Source of the DNA: Pyrodictiaceae archaeon
Lineage (GTDB): Archaea > Thermoproteota > Thermoprotei_A > Sulfolobales > Pyrodictiaceae
Assembly (NCBI GenBank): GCA_027036135.1
Contig: JALVSY010000007.1
Location: forward strand, 420,880-484,879
Length of the DNA stretch: 64,000 nucleotides
Direction: 5' to 3'
A model generated the notes under the pieces. The model saw nothing but the letters and a program-made list of their open reading frames with translations, was not told the DNA's origin and ran no database searches. Below are positions 56,896 through 64,000 of this stretch, piece after piece (the stretch's first letter is position 1; each line of letters opens with the position of its first letter). The translations under genes and the position numbers were made by a program.

Positions 56896-57393
56896 ATGGC
56901 TGTGAGCATAACGTTCTATACTTTTTACCTAGCAGTGCTAGGGCTCGTGGCTACGCTGCTCTCTGAGTACACGTTTCACACCTTTACCCGGCTCCGCCTA
57001 GTCCGGGTAAGAGCGGAGCTGGAAGCGGCTATAGCGGAGCTAAGGAGCATAACCAGGGACAAGCGGGGCCAGAGGAAGAGAAGCAAGCTAGCAGCACGAG
57101 TAAACATGATGTATGCAACGGTTAAGCGCTATACCCTTTACCGGACAATGCTCCTCCTAGGCTTCTACACAGCCGCAGTACTCGTGAGCATCTCAAACCA
57201 GGTACTGATACCATCGCGCTGCCCGATACCATTCATAACAGCTAGGCTCGAGACAAAAATGGGCCCGATACCTGTTACATCCTCAGCCATCGTCCTCGCC
57301 CTCTCGTTCTTATCATCGATATTCATTGTGCGAGAGGACGTAGTAGGATTATTAATGCTTAAGATACTCCAGCGCAGACCTAGCAAAGAGTAG
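56896..57393 (+). CDS. Membrane protein, probable DUF106/EMC3-TMCO1 (Oxa1 superfamily)
   Basis: TM-coiled coil-TM-TM topology and conserved position between adk and rpl34e. Confidence 0.6.
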   Translation: MAVSITFYTFYLAVLGLVATLLSEYTFHTFTRLRLVRVRAELEAAIAELRSITRDKRGQRKRSKLAARVNMMYATVKRYTLYRTMLLLGFYTAAVLVSISNQVLIPSRCPIPFITARLETKMGPIPVTSSAIVLALSFLSSIFIVREDVVGLLMLKILQRRPSKE

Positions 57394-57405
57394 CGGGGAT
57401 AGGCA

Positions 57406-57720
57406 ATGCCGCGCCCGCGTCACCGGACAAGCTCGTTCCGAAAGATACACGTAAGACTACCCGGGGGAGAGACAGTAGTACACTATGAGAAGCGGCGACC
57501 AGGACCAGCCCGGTGCGCAATCTGTGGCAGACCACTAAGCGGTGTACCAAGACTGAGACCGGTAGAGCTACGCAAGCTACCAAAGACAGCTAAGAGGCCG
57601 GAGAGGCCATTCGGCGGCATGATATGCCATGAGTGCCTAGAGAAGCTAATAAAGAAGAGCGTGAGAACACAGCTAATAGCAAGGCTCCAAGAGCTAAGAA
57701 AACCAGCCACAGCCGCCTAG
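57406..57720 (+). CDS. rpl34e: 50S ribosomal protein eL34
   Basis: RLPGG, CAICG, RPERPFGG, CHEC. Confidence 0.97.
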   Translation: MPRPRHRTSSFRKIHVRLPGGETVVHYEKRRPGPARCAICGRPLSGVPRLRPVELRKLPKTAKRPERPFGGMICHECLEKLIKKSVRTQLIARLQELRKPATAA

Positions 57721-57943
57721 TCAACCAGGCCCAGTTACAGAGAAGACCCCTTGTACCAGCGTCCATATGTGATTTTATAAGCTTCCTAGAACCTAGGGAT
57801 TTCGGCTAGAAGCCTACACTTGCTAGGCCATTGCTAGGTCTATTGCATCTATCCATAATTAGCTGATTTGTCTCCGTAACGTCTTGGCAGAGGGTACCTG
57901 GCTAGGCCTAAACGGCTTACCTCGCCGAAAAGGTGTGAGCATA

Positions 57944-58558
57944 TTGGCTCTATTCGCTAAGAATGGCTGCGGGGACAAGAAGGGCCCCACAATAGCTTTT
58001 AGCGGGCCACCGGGTGGCGGCAAGACTACTTACGCTAAGAGGCTTGCCGAGGAGCTAGGCCTAGAGTACTACTCGGCGGGCTCCATTTTCCGCGAGTATG
58101 CCCGCGAGAAAGGTGTTAGCCTCGAGGAGCTGAACCGGCTCGCCGAGAAGGATCCCAGCATTGATTACGAGATAGATTCGCGCACATATAGGCTAGGGTG
58201 TAGGGGAAGCGTTGTCCTCGAGGGCCACTTAGTCGCCTGGGTTGTCTCCTCGGTAGCCGATGTGAAGATCTACATCACTGCCCCTCTGGAGATAAGGGTT
58301 GAGCGAATAGCTAGGCGCGAGAATAGGGGCAGGGACGAGGTCTTTCGCGAAACAGTTGCGAGGGAGTATCTCCATCGTCATCGCTTCCTAAAGCTCTACG
58401 GGATAGACATAGCCAACCTACAGATATTCAACCTGATACTAGACACAGGCTACTTGAGCCCCGACGAGGCCTACGCAATAGTAAAGCAATTTGTCTGCTC
58501 CACGTTATCCCATAGAGGCTATAGGCTAAGAGGCTGTAGAGAAGAGCAACAAAGGTAA
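57944..58558 (+). CDS. cmk: Cytidylate kinase
   Basis: SGPPGGGKTT, SAGSIFRE, VLEGHL, YGIDI. Confidence 0.94.
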   Translation: MALFAKNGCGDKKGPTIAFSGPPGGGKTTYAKRLAEELGLEYYSAGSIFREYAREKGVSLEELNRLAEKDPSIDYEIDSRTYRLGCRGSVVLEGHLVAWVVSSVADVKIYITAPLEIRVERIARRENRGRDEVFRETVAREYLHRHRFLKLYGIDIANLQIFNLILDTGYLSPDEAYAIVKQFVCSTLSHRGYRLRGCREEQQR

Positions 58559-58604
58559 CGCTTAAAGGATTCACTTGCAGAGCCTAGCGCGGGAGGGTTG
58601 AGAG

Positions 58605-58901
58605 ATGCCCGCGATAGAGGTTGGCAGGCTCTGTGTAAAGACACGTGGCCGAGAAGCTGGCAGGAAATGCGTAATAGTAGAGATAATAGATGACAACTTC
58701 GTCGTAATAACGGGGCCAAAGGACGTCTCCGGAGTAAAGAGGAGAAGAGCAAACATTAACCACATAGAACTCCTGCCCGAGAAGATAAACATCGAGCCAG
58801 GCGCAAGCGACGACGAGGTAAGAAAGGCCCTAGAGGAAGCAGGGCTACTAGACTTCGTGAAGGAACGAGTAAGAGTAGAGCTAAAGCCAGGCCTACTTTA
58901 A
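58605..58901 (+). CDS. rpl14e: 50S ribosomal protein eL14
   Basis: [24 protein letters not shown]. Confidence 0.97.
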   Translation: MPAIEVGRLCVKTRGREAGRKCVIVEIIDDNFVVITGPKDVSGVKRRRANINHIELLPEKINIEPGASDDEVRKALEEAGLLDFVKERVRVELKPGLL

Positions 58902-59045
58902 CCAGCCAATTCTGTAGCGGATAAAGAACAAGAGCGTCTGCGCCTCATCTTGGGCTCTTTTCCGGAGCACCCTTCCCGCGGAACTAGTCCTCTTCTCGGT
59001 GGCCCGAAGGCTGGCTAGAAGGGAGTTTAGCTAATGGTTCCTGCT

Positions 59046-59372
59046 TCATTGCTCGGTTATTTCTATTAGTTTTGCCCTCTTCTTGTAGTATTCTAGCATC
59101 TCTTTTGATACGACGTGTATCTCGAAGGGATCTTTTATCCCATGGCTCCAGAGGGCTGCCAGTACTTCTCCGGGAGGCTTGTCTGTTACCACTAGGATAT
59201 CTATGTCGCTTGAGAGCAAGTGCCTCCCTTCTGCTACGCTGCCAAACAAGTAGACCTTGGCGTCCCTGTCTAGCTGTCTGATCACCCCGGCTATCAATGC
59301 TAAGTACTTGTCCAGCTCTCTATGGATTCTTGCTCTACGCTTGGCTTCCTCTACAAGCAGTTTCTCTGACAA
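59046..59372 (-). CDS. Minimal nucleotidyltransferase (MNT antitoxin)
   Basis: YLFGSVAEGRHLLSSDIDILVV. Confidence 0.92.
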   Translation of the reverse strand: MSEKLLVEEAKRRARIHRELDKYLALIAGVIRQLDRDAKVYLFGSVAEGRHLLSSDIDILVVTDKPPGEVLAALWSHGIKDPFEIHVVSKEMLEYYKKRAKLIEITEQ

Positions 59373-59742
59373 TACGTATCACCTCCTCAACGGTCCACCT
59401 TAGTTTCTGGACCTCTTCTGCAGTGTATTCTCTAGGCACGTACCTCGAGGAGATGTAGGCGTCCTCCAGGGCACCTAGTTCAACACTAAACCTGATTAGG
59501 AGCTTCCTCGGCTCTTCTCTACCGCTGGCCTCGCTTATGAGCTCTAGTAGTCTCCTAACACTATGAACCCTGGGATAATCTAGTCCTAGTTCTAAGAGAC
59601 AAGCTTTGAGAAACAATTGGAGAGCCTGCTCAAGACTAAAAGCAGCTAGATCATAGAACCCCTTACTGATCTGCATTAGTGCTGTCTCGTAGAACCTCCT
59701 AGACCTCTCGAGTAGTAGCTCATATTCCTCCCTCCTTGTCAC
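59335..59742 (-). CDS. HEPN domain protein (putative toxin)
   Basis: GFYDLAAFSLEQALQLFLKA, PRVHSV, YISSRY. Overlaps the MNT gene. Confidence 0.92.
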   Translation of the reverse strand: MTRREEYELLLERSRRFYETALMQISKGFYDLAAFSLEQALQLFLKACLLELGLDYPRVHSVRRLLELISEASGREEPRKLLIRFSVELGALEDAYISSRYVPREYTAEEVQKLRWTVEEVIRIVRETACRGSQA

Positions 59743-60016
59743 AACGTATCCACCGCCCCGTCTACGCTCCACTTGTACAGTATCTTATGCCGGGTGTTCT
59801 CTATTAGTCTCTCACCCAGACTCGTCCTCTAGGCAACACAGCTATTGCTCCTCTGCTTGCTCGGCACCAGCTAGCCCTATATCCAGCACCTGGTTCTCCT
59901 GGGGCGCAGTTATTGTAAAGCTCTTTAGGTTCTACCCTGTGTACCACGTATCTTGCAAGAGGGGTGCTGCCCCTAGGCGCTTGGCTAGGGAGCACTACTG
60001 AGCGGTGAATGGGTGG

Positions 60017-61099
60017 ATGAGTCTCGAGCTTGCTAGGAAGGGTATAGAGTTCGTTAAGGGCCTAGACGAGTTTGCTGGGCTTAGCAGGAAGTGGCTTGTC
60101 AAGATAGAGGATGAGCCCACTAGCCCGGAGTATGGTACTCCTCCCTGGGAGAGGCCTATCGAGCAGCACATAAGGATGGGTGTTATTGCTCTCGATAAGC
60201 CGCCGGGCCCTACGAGCCACGAGGTAGTTGCGTGGATTAAGAGGATGTTTGGGCTGAGCAAGGCTGGTCACGGTGGTACACTCGACCCTAAGGTTACTGG
60301 TGTTCTCCCAGTAGCTCTCGAGGAGGCCACCAAGATTATTGGCCTCGTGGTGCACACTGGCAAGGAGTATGTCTGCGTGATGCAGCTCCATAGCCCTGTG
60401 CCGGAGCGGGAGCTACGCAAAGCAGTACAAATGTTCATCGGGGAGATTTATCAGCGCCCACCTCTGCGGAGTAGTGTTAAGAGGAGCCTCCGCACCAAGA
60501 AGATCTACGACATCGAGCTACTAGAGTACACTGGGCAATACGCGTTGATGAGAGTTGAGTGCGAAGCAGGCACCTATATGAGGAAGCTATGCCACGACAT
60601 AGGCCTAGTACTAGGCGTCGGCGCCCACATGAGGGAGCTGCGGAGGACGAGGAGCGGGCCCTTCCGCGAATCAAAGGGGCTTGTGAGGCTCCAGGAGCTA
60701 AGCGAGGCTCTTTACCGCTGGCGCACAGAGGGCAAGGACGACTGGCTGAGAAGATACATTCTCCCAGCGGAGTATGCTGTGAGCCACCTGGCCAAGATAA
60801 TTATACGCGACACGGCCGTTGACGCCATCGCCCATGGAGCGGATCTCGCTGTCCCGGGCATAGTCATGCTCCACGGGGGCATAAGGCCCGGGGACATGGT
60901 TGCGCTGTTCACTCTCAAGGGCGAGCTAGTAGCAGTAGGGGTTGCGAAGATGAGTAGCGAGGAGATAATGAAGGCTAGGAGAGGAATAGCGGCGCGGATG
61001 CGCCGAGTAATAATGAAGCCGGGAGTCTATCCACGGGCATGGAAGCGCAAAGAACAGGCTAGGGAGCAGGGCGGGGAAGCCAAGCCCGGGAAGGAGTAA
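60017..61099 (+). CDS. cbf5: H/ACA RNA-guided pseudouridine synthase Cbf5
   Basis: [39 protein letters not shown] domain. Confidence 0.97.
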   Translation: MSLELARKGIEFVKGLDEFAGLSRKWLVKIEDEPTSPEYGTPPWERPIEQHIRMGVIALDKPPGPTSHEVVAWIKRMFGLSKAGHGGTLDPKVTGVLPVALEEATKIIGLVVHTGKEYVCVMQLHSPVPERELRKAVQMFIGEIYQRPPLRSSVKRSLRTKKIYDIELLEYTGQYALMRVECEAGTYMRKLCHDIGLVLGVGAHMRELRRTRSGPFRESKGLVRLQELSEALYRWRTEGKDDWLRRYILPAEYAVSHLAKIIIRDTAVDAIAHGADLAVPGIVMLHGGIRPGDMVALFTLKGELVAVGVAKMSSEEIMKARRGIAARMRRVIMKPGVYPRAWKRKEQAREQGGEAKPGKE

Positions 61100-61149
61100 T
61101 AGTGTAGTCTGGCTCCTCATTGTTCTCTCCGTGAAGGGCTGGTGGCGCG

Positions 61150-61740
61150 TTGTCTCACTATTTTAGGCCGGGGCGGCGAAGAGGCCCCCGTATGCTGATA
61201 AGCGATGCACTGCGAGGAGTCACCGTGGAGTTTTATGTCACTGGCGATGTTTTCTCGCCCCGCGGGGTCGATGAGGGTACCCGGCTCCTAGTTGAGAACT
61301 CCATTGTCCCGGAGGAGGGCGTGGTCCTAGACCTTGGCTGCGGCTACGGCGTGATAGGAATTACCCTTGCTAAGGCTTACCCAGGTCTCCGCGTAGTCAT
61401 GGTCGATATCAATCCCAGGGCTGTTGAGCTGGCCAAGATGAATGCTAGGCTTAACCGAGTAGAGAACCGCGTAACTGTGCTGCTAGGCGACCTCTACGAG
61501 CCAGTAGAGGGAATGATGTTCGACGCCATTCTCTCAAACCCGCCGCTAGCAGCCGGCCTTGAGACGACTGAGAGGCTGATAGAGGGCGCGCCGAGTCATT
61601 TACGGAGTGGTGGGAGCCTCCAACTAGTAATGAGGAAGGGGGCATCAAGGGCCCTCGAGGTAATGAGGGAGGTTTTCCCCGAGGCACGTGTCCTTCTAAG
61701 GAAGAAGGGCTACACGATACTCTACGCGGAGAAGCACTAA
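61150..61740 (+). CDS. RsmC-like class I methyltransferase
   Basis: VFSPRGVDEGT, LDLGCGYG, SNPP. Confidence 0.92.
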   Translation: MSHYFRPGRRRGPRMLISDALRGVTVEFYVTGDVFSPRGVDEGTRLLVENSIVPEEGVVLDLGCGYGVIGITLAKAYPGLRVVMVDINPRAVELAKMNARLNRVENRVTVLLGDLYEPVEGMMFDAILSNPPLAAGLETTERLIEGAPSHLRSGGSLQLVMRKGASRALEVMREVFPEARVLLRKKGYTILYAEKH

Positions 61741-61768
61741 TGGGGCGAGCCCTCCACCAGTTGGCTGG

Positions 61769-62332
61769 GTGCAGTGCTTGATACAGATTGGAGTAGCTGC
61801 TTACTCGGGCAACCCTGGGTCGGAGCTAGTGAAGCGCTGCGAGGCGTTTGTCGACGAGCTTGTGAAGAGGTGTGGCAGGGATAAGCTAGTGCTCCTCCTA
61901 GGCGGTTACTGGGGGCTTATGCGCTGCGTAGTTGACCGCGCCCTTGGGCACGGTGTCTCCGTGGTGCTGTTTCCGCCCATTGACCGGGAGGACCTTGGCT
62001 ACCCCGACGAAGTAATCGTTGTCCGTACTTCTTCGGGGCCCCGGCTCCGCAGCATCTACCTCGTTAGGAGCAGCGATGTCCTCGTAGCTCTCGGCGGCGG
62101 GGCTGGCACTTTGCAGGAGATAGTGACCGCGTATACCGAGGCCAAGCCAGTATACGTTCTAGCAGGAACAGGTCTCGCAACCGATAAGGCGAGGGGGTGC
62201 ATCGAGCCCTACATCGATGAGAGGAGAACCACTCCAATAACCTTCGTCGAGGACCCCGCGGAGCTCGCCCACCGGGCCTGCGTCGAGGCAAAGATGGCCG
62301 CTGGTAGGCGCCTCCTACCCCAACGCGGCTAG
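61769..62332 (+). CDS. LOG/SLOG family protein
   Basis: GGYWGLM, LGGGAGTLQEI. Confidence 0.88.
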   Translation: MQCLIQIGVAAYSGNPGSELVKRCEAFVDELVKRCGRDKLVLLLGGYWGLMRCVVDRALGHGVSVVLFPPIDREDLGYPDEVIVVRTSSGPRLRSIYLVRSSDVLVALGGGAGTLQEIVTAYTEAKPVYVLAGTGLATDKARGCIEPYIDERRTTPITFVEDPAELAHRACVEAKMAAGRRLLPQRG

Positions 62333-62951
62333 TAGCTGCTGAGCCCTCTCAAGCGCCCCCGTGATAACGGGGTCCCTGGAGCCCCTCCAAGCCCTTATGA
62401 ATTCCTCCAGCTCTTTCCTTGTCTCTGCTAGTAGTCTCTCCTCGTGCCTCTTGCCGAGGGGCTTCTCTGCCTGCAGCTTCGGGCCTCCCTCCATGAAGCC
62501 CTCCGGGAAGTACCAGTCCTTAAACCAGCGGAACCCCCTGATGAATAGCTCGTAGCCTAGCCGGGTAGCCGGGGCAGGCACACCTAGCTCCAGGGCCCGC
62601 ATGGTCTCCTCGTCATAGAGGTACTCTATGAACAACCTCTCCCCGGGCCCAAGGCTCGCCGAGACAGCGTCGAGGACGCGTGCCTCTAGCTCGCTGCCCG
62701 GGAACACGAGGGAACCCCTACCGAGGTGTAGCTCGCGCTTAGCCCCGAAGACCTCTATCCACGCCCTGTAGAACTCTCCGCGGCCAAGAAATACGAGAAG
62801 GTAGAGAACAGTCTCCTCACCACCATCCCTAATGACTAGGCGCGGCCGAAGAGTCTCCCTTATCCCGCCCCCTGCCAAGCTTCTCGAGAGATAAGCGGTA
62901 ATCCCCTAGCCACAGCCCATCTAGCTCCGCGACAAGCACCTCAGAATCCAT
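62315..62951 (-). pseudogene. DUF1122 family gene with a +1 frameshift near 62865
   Basis: GFRWFKDWYFPEGFMEGGPKLQAEKP motif. The ATG at 62951 with a strong SD reads in another frame, and the total span is 3n+1. Confidence 0.75.
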
Positions 62952-63053
62952 TGTTCCCCTCCCTCATAGACGTAAGAATGAGGTAACTGCCCCTCTAAAT
63001 TACATATATGTAGAAACAAGGGAATAGAGACGCTGAAGCCGAAGAAGCATTAC

Positions 63054-63400
63054 ATGGTAACGCAGTACTAAGACAACTAAACAACAACGGCATGCTAGAC
63101 CTCCTACTAGTACTAACAGACATGGACGTTTCCCAGAGAGTAGTAGGCATTGCCGCAAGCACCGGGGTCTTCAAGATAACGGACTACCTCAACGAGTCAC
63201 CAACGAGGCTATCCTAGCTACTAGACGCCCTAGAAGAACCAGCAGAGCCGATCGGTGTCTACAAGCACTCCGGGACCTAGAAGTAGCAAAGGGGCTGGCA
63301 AGGATGATAAAAAATACTCATAATAGGCTCATGGTGACAGGGAGAACACTCAATCGCTTTTCTCCAGGCCCTAGCACAGCCCTTCTCCCTAGGACCAGTC
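63054..63400 (+). pseudogene. Decayed gene remnant, possibly winged-helix regulator
   Basis: Coding-like reading ...TDYLNESPTRLS*LLDALEEP...VYKH/LRDLEVAKGLAR with an internal stop and a frameshift. Confidence 0.4.
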
Positions 63401-63442
63401 ATAGAGCATAGCTCGTTCTTAGTAGAAAAGTGAAAGAAACTG

Positions 63443-63844
63443 TTATTCGGTTTCACTGTGCTCGTCTCCTCCTAGGACGTGGTGATCCTTTGTGAACGAT
63501 GAGTGTGTAGAAGAGTGTCTCTCTGAAAGGGTTAGGAAGTGGCGAAGGCTTGCGCTAGCCACTAGTGCTGAGCTCTTCTCGGAGGAAGCCGGTGATGAGT
63601 GGAAGTGGATGAGCAGGGAATACGCGGAGCACAAGCTAGGGCTACACCAGGGCAAGGAGAGCATGATCCTAGGCAGAGACGCGACGGGGTAGCATAGGGG
63701 GTAGGGGGCTTGTGCTCGTGGTCTATGTGTGGGTTCCTTGAGAGCCTTTACCGCGGCCTCGGTAGCGGCGTGGGCTGCTTCGTTGAGCCCCTTGTCGCTG
63801 AGCACAACCGCTGCTACGTTAACACTAACTTGCTCGGCGCCCAC
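63443..63844 (-). pseudogene. Probable gene fragment(s)
   Basis: Only the first ~40 codons (VSVNVAAVVLSDKGLNEAAHAATEAAVKAL) look protein-like. A competing short plus-strand ORF lies at 63492-63692. Confidence 0.3.
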
Positions 63845-64000
63845 GCGCTCCGGGTCTGCGGCTCAAGCCTAGCGAGCCGGGTCGAGGCCTTCGCTAAGCG
63901 GTTCCGGGGCCTCAGGCTCTGTCGCTACCGGGTACTCTGGAGAGAATCGATCCCCTACCCGCCCCGCGTCGCTAAACGGGTCGGGCTAGGAGCAGTGAGG

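Noticed and set aside
42475-58901. Numerous antisense ORFs of 60-244 aa over ribosomal protein genes
   Set aside because: Shadows of highly conserved sense genes.
60250-60320. Possible cbf5 intron, known in several crenarchaea
   Set aside because: The frame reads straight through [15 protein letters not shown] with no insertion.
1-64000. CRISPR arrays, rRNA genes, IS elements, integrase or att site at tRNA-Arg, replication origin
   Set aside because: No regularly spaced repeats, transposase or integrase motifs, duplicated tRNA end or ORB boxes were noticed by eye.

Overview
Chromosomal core region of a hyperthermophilic crenarchaeon. Protein style and gene order suggest Desulfurococcales, probably Pyrodictiaceae (inference). 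The left half (1-34.6 kb) holds housekeeping genes (Hsp20, ZPR1, TatD, a RavA/ViaA-like MoxR-VWA pair, tRNA-Arg(GCG)) and a dense DNA replication/repair neighbourhood: PolB1, PINA, Hjc, XPB, PCNA, Rpo13 and Lhr. It ends in a complete Ced DNA-import cluster (cedA1-cedA-cedA2-cedB), with an Lhr helicase directly upstream and a divergent, frameshift-split second membrane-anchored HerA/VirB4 ATPase. The right half (34.6-62 kb) is the rearranged S10/spc ribosomal protein superoperon with secY, adk, cmk and cbf5, interrupted by a HEPN-MNT toxin-antitoxin pair, and decayed gene fragments fill the last kb. Features missing from the ORF track include about 12 box C/D sRNA candidates (several with unusual hairpin inserts), cedA2, a 36-aa basic micro-protein and two frameshifted genes. 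No CRISPR array, rRNA or IS element was seen. All family assignments come from motif recognition by eye, not database searches.
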